Shown here piece by piece: positions 37,085 through 51,246 of a stretch of DNA of 64,000 nucleotides (the stretch's first letter is position 1; the number at the start of each line of letters is the position of its first letter). The DNA comes from Octopus vulgaris. Lineage: Eukaryota. Position numbers and translations under genes: made by a program. The stretch lies in the NCBI GenBank assembly GCA_951406725.2, contig OX597827.1:50034001-50098000 (forward strand), read 5' to 3'. The notes below the pieces were generated by a model. The model was not told the DNA's origin and made no database searches. It saw nothing but the letters and a program-made list of their open reading frames with translations.

Positions 37085-37621
37085 GTTCGCCTGGTTTATA
37101 TATATAGATATATATATCTATATATATATATATATATAATCGTAATTTCCGTTGAATAAAACACGAGAATGCTAAAAAAATGTAGGGGAAAACTGTACCC
37201 TTTTACTTTTCATGAGGGATGGAAGGAACTTCAAGGGACAGCTAGTACGAAACTCCACCAAAGAACGTGGTATTGTGAACATACTAGGTGTTTATAATAA
37301 TATGTGTTTTTGGAAACTACTGTATAAGCGCGAGTCCGCCAATTTCACCAAAATGAACGATCGTAGGTCCCATCTGTTTAAAAATTTATTGAGTTCTAGA
37401 ACATCTCCCTAAATAATCACACTTTTATTCTAAATAATATATTTCACCGATGAGAAATATGCAAATGAAATTGCTCGACACGAGCAACTTTAAATACACG
37501 TTAATAAACAATAATCTTCATTGTAGTATTTACCTTTAACAGTTGTTATTACTTAATATGATATTTAATATTTAAAAATAACAGGACCCACATTGTCGAT
37601 TTTAGGATTGATCTTTCTTAC

Positions 37622-37750
37622 CTGAGATGTGTGGATACGACGCTGTCACTTACAAATATTATAGTATTTCGCTTGATTATGTTTGTCTTCGTATAAAAAC
37701 TAGTCTCAGAACGAGGCTGTACTTCGATGTACGTTGCAAAGCAGTGAAAG
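37622..37750 (-). other. Putative non-coding 5'UTR exon of the host gene
   Basis: Branch/acceptor-like tgctaactaacacAG| at 37751 and strong donor CAG|GTAAG at 37621. No ATG; lies between the promoter-like motif and the first coding exon. Confidence 0.4.
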
Positions 37751-38229
37751 CTGTGTTAGTTAGCATTAGTTATTAATTAGTGGTGTTAGTTAGCATTAGT
37801 ATTAATTAGCTAGTTTGAAATAGTCATTAAAAAAAAAAAAATCACTTTTCCTTTACTCATAAATGTGTTCAGTGAAATGATATGTAGTCTGTGAATATTT
37901 TTAATGACTGCAAGTAAATGTAGAAATATATGTGTATTTTTTAAAAATAATTTTCTATTGTAAACTTTCTGCATTCACATGGAAACACTTATGACAAATA
38001 ATTTAGCTTTTCCTTGGAAAATGCAGTATCAAAGTACGTCTCAGTCAGACACAAACTTAAATGCATAGATTCTTTTTTTGCACCCCACCACCCATGCAAA
38101 TTTTGAAAACAAAAAATATTAAATGAAATTAAGAAAAACTACCGGATACATTTCAAGAAAGTGTTTTTTTTTTTTTTTATATATATGGGGGTTAGGGGTG
38201 GGAGAAAAGGGTTTCTGTTATCTTCAGAA

Positions 38230-38264
38230 ATGTAAACAAAGCCACTTCCGGTACTTCCGGTACC
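38230..38264 (-). promoter_or_regulatory. Putative housekeeping-type promoter: tandem ETS/GABP-like sites CCGGAAGT-A-CCGGAAGT followed by TTGTTTACAT
   Basis: Plus strand tgtaaacaaagccacttccggtacttccggtacc, in unique CpG-retaining sequence upstream of the gene; possible first donor ccg|GTAGTT at 38142. Confidence 0.45.
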
Positions 38265-39361
38265 TATACCGAAGGATCGCCGTTGAATGTTATTAGTATT
38301 TGAATTTATTTTGTTTGCACTAAAAATCTGAAAAAAAAAAAATATATATATATATATACTGCTATGTATGTGCATATTTTTCTGTAGACTTTTGTATTTT
38401 AAGTAACACAATCTATATTTTTTGTTAAACCCTCATCTCGCGCACTTTGACACGTGAATTGGGTCTATTGTTTATACCTTATATCGTATCAAAAAGAGCA
38501 TTTCGAAAAAAAAAAAGAACTTTTTACCGAATGTTAGTTAATAAACGGGAATTTTATTGTAAATATTTACTTTAAAACATTTCAAAATAGTTGTTTTTTG
38601 TGATTCATTGTGTTATTAGTTTGTTTGAAAGTTAGTTTTTTCAAGAACAAAACGAAAGATTAGCTTTTCCCGGCATCCTTCGGTTGTTTTCGGCATGCAG
38701 GATGCTATCATTGTTATTATATTTTCACTCAATATGGTTTATCTTCAGTAAATTTTCTTATTCTACCAATTTTTCAAAAGCAAAATTTGAAGAAGGCAGC
38801 GTTCCCGCAACTTATTTAAATATAAATATTTCATTTATTGGTCCGATTGTCTAAAAATTTCTACACAGGTGTAGCCTTTGCAGGCCAGATAAGGAAAGCT
38901 CAACCATTTGTGGAGATTTTAATAAAGTTATGAACCTTCGAAGATTAAAATTTCGACGATCTTTCGCCTATGGTTTCACGATTATCAATTTTTACAGTTG
39001 GTTGTTCGGCAATTTCCGTAAAGAATTTTTATTTATTTACTTTTGTCCTATTGAAGGCGACATTTGCTTTGAAGTCGTCGAGATAGGTGAAAAGTGAAAC
39101 AGACAGTAGCGCGCGTGCACACACACACACACATACTCTGCCTCTCTCTCTCTCACACACACACTCTCTCTGTCTCTCTCTCTTTCTCTCACACACAATG
39201 ACTTTCATGTTCATGAGTTGAATAGTGAAACACTGTCGCACAATGTATGTATGAATGTATTTATGTGTGTACGTGTGTCTGCGAGCATGTTCAGCTCAAT
39301 TTGTATTCTTTCACACAAACACACAATGTATGTATGCATATATTTATGTATGTACATATAT

Positions 39362-39765
39362 TTTCTTTTTCTTTTTACTTGTTTCAGTCATTTTGACTGC
39401 GGCCATGCTGGAGCACCGCCTTTAATCGAGCAACTCGACCCCGGGACTTATTCTTTGTAAGCCCAGTACTTATTCTATCGGTCTATTTTGTCGAACCGCT
39501 AAGTAACGGGGACATAAACACACCAGCATCAGTTGTCAAGCAATGCTAGGGGGACAAACACAGACACAAACGGACACGCACATACATATATATGCATATA
39601 TACGACGGGCTTCTTTCAGTTTCCGTCTATCAAATCCACTCACAAGGCATTGGTCGGCCCGAGGCTATAGTAGAAGACACTTGCCCAAGGTGCCACGCAG
39701 TGGGACTAAACCCGGAACCTTGTGCTTGGTAAACAAGCTATTTACCACAGCCACTCCTGCGCCTA
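39362..39765 (-). mobile_element. SINE family A, full length
   Basis: Head GGCGCAGGAGTGGCTGTGG at 39764. Confidence 0.9.
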
Positions 39766-40094
39766 TATGAAAGATAATGGGTGTACGTGTAAGTGTACAA
39801 ATAAATGGGTGTACAAATAAATAAAGGTGAACACACTCGCACCTCCTCCCATTATATTTCATATACACGTACATGCATAAATACATACATTTATGGTACA
39901 AGTGAGTGAATTCAGATACATAGAGCTGAGCACGCTCGTCGCGCGCACACACACATACACTCCCCCATTATCGTTCATATACCCGTACATACATACATTT
40001 TATTCATTTTATCTAGTTTCAGCTCACGAACTGTGGCCATGCTGTGGCACCGCCATTAAAGGTGTGGCGAAAGATTACAACAGGGGTCACCACA

Positions 40095-40230
40095 ACCCCC
40101 TGCCGGTGCCTCGTGGAGCTTTTTAAAGGTGTTTTCACTCAATAAACACACACAACGCCCGGTCTGGTAATCGAAACTGCGATCCACCGACCGCGTGTGT
40201 CTGCTACCCTAACCACTGGGCCATTGCGTT
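40095..40230 (-). mobile_element. Partial tRNA-derived SINE family C
   Basis: Homologous to 49390-49512. Confidence 0.7.
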
Positions 40231-40305
40231 TCCATACATACATACATTGTGCAAGTGTGTTTGTGTGCGAGTGAATACAAATGCTTAGAGCTGAATACGC
40301 GCGCG

Positions 40306-40346
<41 letters not shown>

Positions 40347-40936
40347 ATTACCTTTCAATAATAGATACATACATACATGCATACTGCCTGCATACATTGT
40401 ACGAGTGTGTATTTCACGATTCAATGTGTGTGTGTGTGTGTATGCACGTGCTAGTGCGTGTTTCACTTGACATCAAAACAGATGTTGCTATCAACAGGAC
40501 ATGAAAACAAAAGAAAATAAAAATTCTTTACGGAAATTACCGAACAACCAGCTGTAAAAATTGATAATCGTGAGACCATAGGCGAAAGATTGTCATTAGT
40601 AATCTTAGTCTATCAGATCTAGCCACTCAATTTCGAAGTTATGGAAACCCTCGAATTGTTATTTTCATGTTTCCATAGTAACCAATTGAAACTATTATGG
40701 CATTAGGATTAAAGTCTGCAGTGCATCGCAAAAATTTTCAATTTTCTTTCATTTAAAATTTTCGGTTAACCTCCAGTATTTGACCCGAGCAAGATAAATG
40801 AAAATAAAATTAGTGTTGTTGGTGTAAAAAAAAAAACATGTAGAAAACGAATATGAAAACAAAACAAAACAAATGTGCGCTGGCGAACGGGAGTGGGGGA
40901 GACGATTCGGAAAATTGACATCGGAAGTTTTCCGAG

Positions 40937-41759
40937 GGATCTTTTCGGTATGAACGGCAGTTTTTTCTAGCGGTGTCATATGAAATTGTCACCCATAATT
41001 ATGACCCTAGTATCGATCTATTGCATTTCTATCTGTTTTAGGGTTAGGGGTGGGGGGAAGAGTATCTTTTTTTTCTACACAAATGTAAATAAACCCAATC
41101 TGTTTCTTAAACGAGGGACATATTCATACGGCAGAGAATGCTTTTTACCTCAATAGACGTAATTGATTGGTTGAAATTGCAGAAATTGAAGAAAAAGAAC
41201 AACAAATATCTTACAAACTATAGAATTTTCTCAATAAAGCCAAGAGAGAAAAATGTTTTATAAACACATTCTACCAGTATACGAAGTTAAAAATTTTTTA
41301 GTTACCTAGAAGTTATGTTAAAAACTGCCGTTCAAACCGAAAAGATCCCAAATATCTTACAAACTATAGAATTTTCTCAATAAAGCCAAGAGAAAAATAT
41401 GTTTTATAAACACATTCTACCAGTATACGAAGTTTAAATGTTTTTAGTTACCTAGAAATTATGTTAAAAACTGCCGTTCAAACCGAAAAGGTCCGATATT
41501 TGTTGTTTTTCTTCTTCAATTTCTGCAATTTCAACCAATCAATGGCGTCTATTGGGGTAAAAAAAATTCTGTGCCGCATGAATATGTCCTCGTTTAAGAA
41601 ACAGATTGGGTTTATTTACATTTGTGAAGAAAAAAAGATACCCTTCCCCCACCCCTAACCCTAACCCTAAAACAGATTGAAATGACTAGGGTCATAATTA
41701 TGGGTGACAATTTCATATGACACCACTAGAAAAAACTGCCGTTCAAACCGAAAAGATCC
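40937..41759. mobile_element. Rearranged composite of two GGATC-TIR MITE copies
   Basis: Full copy 40937-41348, repeated right part 41349-41494, inverted left part 41495-41759. Confidence 0.9.
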
Positions 41760-42299
41760 CCAAATTTTCATCTTTAAAGGTATTGTAATTTTTTTATTGT
41801 TAATTTCTCAAAAAAATATAAGTTGTTGATTTCATACCTCGCGTCAAAAAAAAAAACAATAAACACAAAAACTAAAATGGCGTTTTCGATAACCTCTCCT
41901 CAATGTATAGAGACCAGAGGAATATGAAAACACATACAATTACAAAAGACGTCACCAACTTTCTTTCCAAATGGCTATGTTTTTGTCTGAGAATTTTCAA
42001 GAAAGTGGGACCCTGTGCGTTAAACAAGGAAGTTTACATTTATTTTATGTACTTCATGAAAATTAATACTAAGCAGAAAGCTGAACCTTGTTTCATTTGC
42101 ACACCCATTATCACTCATGTCCATCAGTTGAATAGTGAAACAGACCCTTGCACAATGTATGTATATATGTCTGTACGGGTACATGAGAGATAATGGGTGT
42201 ACGTACGTGTATGTGTGTGTGTTCAGATTTATGTATTTGCAGGCTCTCACACACAAACACACGTACACCCGAAATACACTTGCATAATGTATATATGTA

Positions 42300-42690
42300 T
42301 ATATTTAAGATAACCCTTCTGAGGATCTTCCCGGCAACACACATTAGGGATACATCTCTATGGTTGTCACATTCAAATTTTTTGTCTTTGTGCTTATAAA
42401 GATGGACAATAGAAGCGTGTTTAAACTCCTGTAGGACTGATTCTGATTCCCAACTTAAGGAGAAAAGTTCACATAACTTGTTCAGCAGGAGACTGTTACC
42501 ACATTAATATATCTCGGCTGGTATGTCATCGTTCTCTGACAACTTTCCATTTGTGAACTGTTTTATGGCCTTTTCAGCGTTTGTTGGAGCAACTGAAAGT
42601 TTTTCTAGGACAGGACTCTGCGGTAGGTTGTTGATCTGTTCTTCATCAACAGTTGAATTCATATTCAGGTAGTTCTGTGGTGGTTGGGGA
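42300..42690 (-). mobile_element. Degenerate RTE-like RT fragment
   Basis: Minus strand reads DDIPAEIY..WESESVLQEFKHASIVHLYK..CDNHRDVSLMCVAGKILRRVILN. Confidence 0.75.
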
Positions 42691-42739
42691 GTTGGAAAAT
42701 AGTATTGGTAATCAAAATACTGTAAGAAATAGGATCACA

Positions 42740-43525
42740 TGTGGTCGTATCGTGTAGAAGATACGATCGCGCGTGGTACTACTCTTAACGAATTATTTAT
42801 TACAAGCTATATATACATGCAACAACAATAGAACATAAGTGAATTGGCGACAAGTCTTGCGGTTGGGAGATAAATATTATTTATTTTACATATTTACAAT
42901 TGTGTCAACATCAGGAACTGGTAAGCGTTAGCATGGTTTTGTGTCTGTGTGTTCGTGTGGAGTGAAGCATACCAAAGGGTACTGAACATAGAATTAACAA
43001 TGGAATTTAGTTTACTGTTCATATGGCAAGGTGCTGGGATCTACTCGAGGTCGATACATGACGGCAGCGACGGGTGGCGAATATAGCAGGCTTTCAGTGA
43101 TTGTATAGGTTAGCGTGGCAACAGGCAGTAGCAGAGACAATCGCATATCTCTAAGTTGAGCAGCAGGTGGCCTAAGTTAGTTCTTACAAGAACTGGAACT
43201 CAAGACGAAGAATGTCTGTGAATCCTCCTTTATATATTGTTTTAATGGTTCACCGAGCTTCAGAAATGGAATCTTAAACTAAAGGTCCTGATTGGATGTT
43301 TCGCGACTGTGGCGCGAAATAAGTCGAGACCATTCAGGTCACGTGTCAACAGTGGCGCGGACTGCGTAGGGACCCTCGTGTCACATGTCACCCAGTGGCG
43401 CGAACTATGTAGAGACTACTCGTGTCCTCTGGTAACCAATCAGATTCGTGTTTACCCACCAGGACAAGTTGGCCAAAGATGGTTGTAACCTCAAACGAGA
43501 TCATTTCAGCCTTGCCTTTCACACA
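42740..43525 (-). mobile_element. Possible solo LTR
   Basis: TG...CA bounded, CpG-rich ~790 bp block. On the minus strand, repeated cagtggcgcg motifs, then TATATAAAGG (about 43230), then AATAAA (about 42880 and 42795). No TSD recognised. Confidence 0.4.
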
Positions 43526-46199
43526 GTGAAGATATTAGAAGTCGCTATAGTCATATTTCCAAAGTGGCTGAAACTGCCATTGCTACAATACCATACTCAC
43601 TGTAAAGCGATAGCAGCAGATGGCCGTTTGAATTTGCCTTGCCAACTTCATGCTTCCCTTTTAAGTCACTCCAAATGGATGTATCGCAACCTACACATGC
43701 ATTGAAATCACCAAGGAGAAGTTTATCATGGATAAATATACTAATATAATGAATTTATATATACTAATATCATAAATATAATTAAAGCAATATGTAGCTA
43801 TATCTATGCATTAAACTATAATATACCAGCACGGTCCAGATGATTTATTTGATTCGTGGGATGGAGTACTTTCTTCGCCCCAGAGTAAGGTTTGCTCATG
43901 ATGAAACCTTACAAATTGCTGAGCGTCAAGTGAAGGTAGACATCTTCATCATATGATGTCACTGATTCGCCAGAAAGTTTTTATCAATGACCAATGACAA
44001 CATAGGCATTCGAACCCCCACCGCGAAATTATTTGCAATCATGAGTATGCAATTACTGTTTTACGTAATTGATCTATAAATTGACCAGTCAGCGTGAAAT
44101 CGTGACATGATATAGGTTCTCGAATATACTAAACATTTGACCTATTTCACCCTAGTTGAATAGTTTGGCTCCAACTCGTGGTAGACAGCAGTTAACCGTC
44201 AAACAAGACAGGTCACAGCAGACCACATAGCCTTCAGGCAAGACACATACCGGTTCTCTTCTGCAAGCTTTAACAATGTGCGGTGACATCTGCATTTTTA
44301 TCTAATGTCCAAGCCAACTCAGAAAATCGATTCCTACTTACTAATCTGATAACCAGAGAATCTGTGATTATTTGCGTATTTATATGCACTATTTTCCAAC
44401 AATAAAATATAGTTAAACGTTCGTGAGGTTGCTTCATTTATAATACATGCAGCTAGCCTGATCTTTCATTCAATTCAAGGATACAATATTCTTCTAACAA
44501 TCAACCACGCGGCAATGCTCTTTGGAAACACACAAATATGCAAGCTCAAGGACAACACAAAGTTGGACGTAGAATTCCCTTCTGTTTGTTATTTCCATGT
44601 GTTTGTATATGTACATTCGTTTGCCTTGCTCAGGGGCTTAATGCCTTTAGCTTAAGCCCTTGGCCCAAATGGTTTTGAGTAGTATCGGAGAGAATTGGAC
44701 GAAACTACGTGGACATTCCAGATTCCGACCGAAGAAGCAATTGGCTACGTATGATCCGTGTATCTTGTTTGTCCTGTTTGTCGTTGTGCCATCGACTTTT
44801 TCCTGCTTGCTATGTTTTGACGATTTCCGTTTTTTGTGTTTTTTTTACCTTTGATTTACACACACACACACACATATATAAGTTGAGGTTATAAGAGATA
44901 ATGGTGTCATTGAGACCCAAAGGTGTCAGGTAATGCTGAATAAGTGCTATAGACAGACCATAGTTAAGTTTCAGATTCAGTAATATTGCGAATAAAGGGT
45001 TCAACGTTGGTTCTATGTCAGCGCGTGTATATAAGAATTTTTTGCGTAATGAGATAAAAAAACTAAGGCTGTATAGATATTAGAGCATATATATGTACAC
45101 ACATATATATACATACACATAGTGTACAGAGTACATCTTTTTTAGTTTGTATTGCCTCCCATGGCTCAAATCTTCCCCAGGGAGTCAAATGCCTCAAGCT
45201 TAAGAACCAGTGTTTTAACATGTAACACTTAAGTCTTGTTTCGACATGCCAGATGCTACGTTCTTTTATTGTCTCTTATATAAATATATTTACATGTTAG
45301 CTTTTCATTCGTAATCTCTCTAATCTTACTGCTTGACATTTCTTTTTACTTCCCTCTTTCCTTTTCATATTTTATGACATACTAAGACGATGTAAATAAG
45401 CACCTGTGACCTACCATAGCGTCTCCAAGACTGAAAGAGATTTGTGGAAATCAGTACAACACAGTAACATATCAAGTATCATAACCCCAGCAATCTTATC
45501 CAAAAATGTGCAACAGAATATACTCCTTTAAATACTGCCAAGGTGCAAAAGATCGAATTATATCTGGTGACCAATAGCAGCATTGTAGTAAATATTAGTG
45601 AGTGGCACCTACAAACGCAGCGAAGGACCCCGGTCTAGAGTTAATCCAAAGTGCAAACAATCAATCCAGTAAGACGACTTTTCTAGCGCTGGAATCACGA
45701 CGAATCCCGGTTCAACATCACGACTAGGTACTTGGATGTCTAGTAACATTCAAACTATTGCATGAAATTAGACAAGATCTCTAATTTGAGCTTCCGACTG
45801 CGCATCACTTCGTATACACTTTCACAACAGACACAGGTGTAATGCTTCGAAGTAGAGGCTCTCCATCAAATCTGATAGTTACCTGGTCCTATTTGTAATG
45901 ACCCGAGAAGCTATCTACTCAAATGACGCATATTTTCTTATCCTCTTGCCTCTTAGTCAAGGATTGATGTTCCAGTGAGCACAGGATTCCGTGAGGTCTA
46001 TACATTTATTTGGCTGCATATAGAAATCGAAATATCGGTAATCTGTAAAACTTAAGTCCTGTCTGCATTTTACGAAACAATTGCAACTTCACAACAGTGA
46101 TATCCACTCAGCAATTTTTCTTTCTCTGTGCTCACATCCGTGTACTTCAGTCCAAAGCAGATCTAACCCGTTGGACAGTCAACGAGGGCCCTTCTTTCG

Positions 46200-47165
46200 A
46201 CCAACATTGCCCTTAAGAGTCGGTAGGATAAATGCTCGTAGCCTGGAGTCAACCTGGATGCAGGGTAGCCTGTTCAATGACCTCAGGTGCTAGGTGTGGA
46301 AGTGATAACCGTCAGCAAGACTAGGATTTCCGATACACGCGACTCCGCACCAAATTTTGGCGATTCTAAAATCTTTTAATCTCTCATTTGATCCGGAATG
46401 AAGAGTGAAGTCACGGTGATGTTCTGGAAAGGCCTGGGCCTTCTGATACAGTTGATCTTTCTGGGCCTGGACGGTAAGTTGGTGTTTTGGACGTGAACGG
46501 CCAGGGAGATGGTGCCTTTAGACGCTTTGTTGTACATACCCAACTGGGCAGCATTTTTATTGAGGCGTTTGGAGGTTTTCCTAAAGATATCTTGCTCTCT
46601 GGTGTTAGTGGGCGATTGGAACGCCATCTTGTATGCACCTCTGGATTGTGTGGGGCTAGTTGGCAAAATATGAGGGGCGATGAAGGGTTACACGATGGAG
46701 AAATTGTCGAGGCTGGATGATATGCCTTGTGCATTTTATCATTTGCCAGACTTGTTCAGAAGCCTTTTGGCAGATGTCTACTGCAACAGAGAGCAGAACG
46801 GGTGAATTATGTTTCGCGAAAAGCGGTATAGTGCTGCTGATGAGAAAGGACCCGAACAAGGGCAATGCTGTTAACAATTTTCGGCTAAAAAATCTGCTAA
46901 ATGCAGAGTTATTGATGTTAGCCGAGATGTTAGCCAAGAGGTTAGTGCTTGTCGTCGATACTCTGGTAGGTGAGGCACAGCGATGCGCCATACTAAACAG
47001 ATCCATCCACAACTTCCATCTCACGTGACACATCATAAAAAGGTTAGGTAAAGAACCTGGAATGGGCGGGGCTCTCATCAATTTAGATCAATAAAAAGCA
47101 TTTGGTAGGATCGACTATTAATACCTGGCGGCTGTCTTCAAAGCGGTCGGTTTCGGGCCTATTTG
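46200..47165 (+). mobile_element. Degenerate, internally deleted L1/Tx1-clade LINE (endonuclease start plus RT fragment)
   Basis: LRVGRINARSL; KDPNKGNAVNNFRLKNLLNAELLMLAEMLAKRL..GEAQRCAILNRSIH; ALINLDQ*KAFGRID..GFGP. Confidence 0.75.
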
Positions 47166-47599
47166 CAAGGGAAAGCAAGAGCGGAGTAGAAGGTACTGTG
47201 ACCCAGTAAATTTGTTGAAAGGTGAGTGAATGCAATGAGAATGATTCGAGCATGCACCAGTAGACTGGAATTTACAGATGAAAGAGAGAGAGGAGTACTT
47301 ACCTATAGGGCATTTGATGAGCGGGTCAGTGGGGTTTCTTAGTTGCTCCTGGGGAATTTCATCGCTTACAATTTTATTGTTGTTATTGTTTTATTGTTTG
47401 CACGTGTTTTATGTGAACCACCGCTGTCCTTTGTTTTGTACCGTCCTTTTGTTTTGTGTGTGGCTCTTGTGGCTAATAACGAAGTTATTATTATTCGACT
47501 TAAATCAGGTTTAGTCCTACTCCTGGTAAAATTATGTAGATTACCTGTAATAATCCTTCTGGTAAGTAACGGGTTACTACCTGTAGTAATCCTTCAAGT

Positions 47600-47775
47600 G
47601 CTCAAATCTCCAATGTTTCTAAGAGACATTAATCTTTACTGTTTCGAAGAGATAAACTTTCCCTAGAAGATCTGCAGGACATTCCAATCCAATCTCCTTC
47701 AACCATTTCTCTACTCCATTACCCACAGTTCCTAAGGTACCAATTATTACAAGCACAACTTTTACAGTTTTCACA
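47600..47775 (-). mobile_element. RLE-type (R4/Dong-like) non-LTR C-terminal fragment
   Basis: Minus strand reads VKVVLVIIGTLGTVGNGVEKWLKEIGL. Confidence 0.55.
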
Positions 47776-49210
47776 CATCAAATTCTCACAATTTAAAATT
47801 TATTAAGAGATTATATTTAAAAAAAATTTTCATCTTTCTTTCTTTTCAATCCTTGAATGAAATGGACATGATGAATAAATTAATAAGAAACTTCGCTTTT
47901 CCTTGTCTATTATTGTTATGTTTGTTCTATCATTTTCTAGCTTCTTGTTGTTTGAAGAGGAAAATCAAAATTTTGTATTTATTCGACTCAAGCATTCTCT
48001 CAACTTAATGGTTACACCAAATACTTCAAGCTTCAACACCCTCATTTCTGACTAACTTTCCAGTGCAAAACTTTCACAGCTTGGCAATGCCTCCATTTTG
48101 TTATATTCTCCCTGAGTCAACTTGGAGACACTCTGTATCAATGTGTGCCACTGTTTCATACCAGAATCCTCACACTTTGCATTCTGCTGACACCTTCCCA
48201 TATGCATATTTTCTCATTTTGTTTGTTTTAACACTTGATCTTGAGCTGCTGTAATAAGGCTCTCTTTGTCCAATCAACAAAAGCTGCTGTGTATCTAAGT
48301 AATGATACTGCCCAAGTATTTACAGCCTTCACTAGATTCGGACCGTTTAGCTTTGACTTCATTAGCTTCGTCACCCTTCTAATGTACTCCTTCTTATGTA
48401 CCACTTCTTATGTGGTAGTAGTAATAGTAGTAAGCCTCAGATAGTTCCTGGTTGAGTAGACTAAAGATCAAAAGGGTCCCATACATAATCCGGTCTTTTT
48501 ATCAAAGCTTAATTTGTCCTTGCTTTTGTAAGTCGGTAAATGGTGAGCTAAGGAAGATTTGCTTGCTATTTCTTGCAAAGTCGACTGACCACGTAAATGC
48601 TTCTTGTGCAGAAGATGTTCAAAGAGAGGATGTATTGAGAAAAATGTTCATTATTTAATGGCTGAATGATCTTATAGGTGTAGAACCCGAGGTGGCGCTG
48701 GAAAGCGCTTATGTTTAAATGACTGCGTGCTAGATTCTGTCATCGGACAGAGAGAATTCTGAACCACCGTCTTCACACACACACACGTATATGCATGCAT
48801 ACTTGTATATATGTATGTAGAAGGGGCATCTACGAAGTTTCTGTCTATCAAAGTTTTCTCATCTTAGTGAATCAGAGTCTAAAATAGAAAACACTTGTGC
48901 AAGGTGCTGCGCAATGTTATGGAACCCTGAAATACGTATTTGCAAAATATAATGTTTAGCCACACAGCCATGCTAAACCCGAATGAATGCAACTGAAAAT
49001 CTTAAGGAAGACTTCCTACAAATAAAATTTTGAAACGAAGGTTTAACTGTGTTGTGTATTTCACCAACCAGTTTTGGTTCACGGATTCCTAGCAGTGAAA
49101 GGTGCCCCTAAGTGACGCATTTGACTTTCTAGAAATAGTAGCCAAATTACCCTCAAATCACACTCCACGGATATATGAAAAGAGCATATTAGATAATGTA
49201 GTTCTAGATA

Positions 49211-49523
49211 TCACCTTGATCACCGTGACCGACCAGGCTATCTGATGTTGCTACACATCGCTGGTCACAATGCGCTTCGCATTGTTTTAACCTTCAAATG
49301 ACGCCACCCCGCTGGCTAAGCGAGCAGGCCAACAGAAGAAAGAGTGAGAGAAAGTTGTGGCGAAAGAGTACGGCAGGGATCGCCACTACCCCCTGCCAGA
49401 GCCTCGTGGAGCTTTTAGGTGTTTTCGCTCAATAAACACTCACAAGGCCCGGTCTGGGAATCGAAACCGCGATCCTACAACCGCGAGTCCGCTGCCCTAA
49501 CCACTGGGCCATTACACCCCCAC
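49211..49523 (-). mobile_element. tRNA-derived SINE family C with 11-bp TSD
   Basis: Head TGGCCCAGTGG / GGTTTCGATTCCC; TSD agttctagata at 49200-49210 and 49524-49534. Confidence 0.88.
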
Positions 49524-49772
49524 AGTTCTAGATAAATTATCTGAAAATAAGCTGAGATTGTCATCGTAGAAATGTCTTTGGTCTTAGGTCTGGTCGATCC
49601 AGACTGATCTAGGATGAAACAATAACAATGGGAGGCGAAGGTGAAGAATTTTAGAACTGTGTCTTTATTTTTAATTTACAGCGTCATCTCAGATTACTAA
49701 TATGGAGAAAACAACAAAACCAAACATCTTCCCTCAAAGAAAAATATAATGTAATTTTACATTATACCCGTG

Positions 49773-50030
49773 GGCTGCGGGGTCACTCCGAAAAGCTCTA
49801 TCTACGACAATTTCATGTTAATCGAAGGAGAGGGGCTTTCTCCGTCCGGGTTGCGGATCCGTGGAATAAGCTGCCGGACGAGATAGTGAAGATGCCGACG
49901 ACCGCTCGGTTCAAAGTCTCTCTTGACCAGAAATGGCCTGAACTCTTTGTATGACCACCCTCCCTGTACATAACTCCCCGTCCCCCTACATCGCTTTGCT
50001 TTTTGCTTTTTGAGCCAATAAAATTAAATT
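49773..50030 (+). mobile_element. CR1/L2-like LINE 3' fragment
   Basis: Same family as 7718-8058, in opposite orientation. Confidence 0.8.
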
Positions 50031-50274
50031 AAAAAAAATTTTTTTTTTTAAATTTACTGTTTTCGCCGCCAAATGAAGTTTCTCTCAAATCACGAAAGAG
50101 AAAGCTTTGTTAGCTTCGGTAGTCGTCAACAGAGAAGGAGTCGAAGCTGAACGGAATAAACTTTAACGTTAGGGAATCTTTATTTGCGGCTTTCATGAAG
50201 AATTTTACAAATAAGAGACCACATTATAGAAACGCTTCGTTATTTCACTCCAAAAACAAGTTTGAAAATGCAGT

Positions 50275-50306
50275 CCACACACACGCACATACACACATAC
50301 ACACAC

Positions 50307-50344
<38 letters not shown>

Positions 50345-50601
50345 CACGCACACACGCACACACACGCACACAACACGCACACACACACAACACACTCACA
50401 CACGCACGCACGTACGATGGCATACACACACCACACACACACACACGCATGCATACACACACCACACACACACATACACACGCACACACACACACACACA
50501 TACGCGCACGCACGATGGCATACACACACCACACACACACACACACACACATACACAATTCAAGATTTAAAAATATACAATATGTGTGTGTATGTGAGCG
50601 T

Positions 50602-50646
<45 letters not shown>

Positions 50647-50669
50647 TATGTGCGTGCGCGTGCGTGTGT
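50275..50669. repeat. Compound (CA)n then (TG)n microsatellite
   Basis: Seen directly in the sequence. Confidence 0.95.
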
Positions 50670-51191
50670 AAATGATAAACGGCGATTAAGTTTCCGGGAA
50701 TGCTTCTCGTTTGATTGGCCTTTCAACCGGTAGCAGTAGCGAGTTGAAAATAACTGATAAAGAATGATTGATAGTGATATGTCTGCTCTTATGTCAGACA
50801 CCAGGAGAGGTCCGTTTTGAAATACTCGAGGAAGAACTCAGATATGCACCGACATGCTGGACGAGTTCACTTTTTAAAAAATTTGAAGATTGAGATTGGA
50901 TGGGGGATGACAGAAGTTTCAGCATTCTGATCCATTCCTAAATGTCTTAACTAAAACTGCCCATTATCTCTTTTCTCTCTTTTACTTGTTTCAGTCATCT
51001 GACTGCGGCCATGCTGGAGCACCGCCTTTAATCGAGCAACTCGACTCCGGGACTTATTTATTCTTTTGTAAGCCCAGTACTTATTCTATCGGTCTCTTTT
51101 GTCGAACCGCTAAGTAACGGGGACACAAACACACCAGCATCGGTTGTCAAGCAATGCTAGGGGGACAAACACAGACACACAAACACACACA

Positions 51192-51246
<55 letters not shown>

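Larger units (their letters stand above)
38955..40594. repeat. ~120 bp inverted repeats 1.4 kb apart
   Basis: 38955-39076 is the reverse complement of 40469-40594 (atctttcgcctatgg..acgattatcaatttttacag..aatttccgtaaagaattttta). Confidence 0.8.

Noticed and set aside
49450-49523. tRNA-like sequence (also the heads of the other SINEs)
   Set aside because: A and B boxes are present, but there is no proper acceptor stem and the sequence continues into a SINE body with a TSD.
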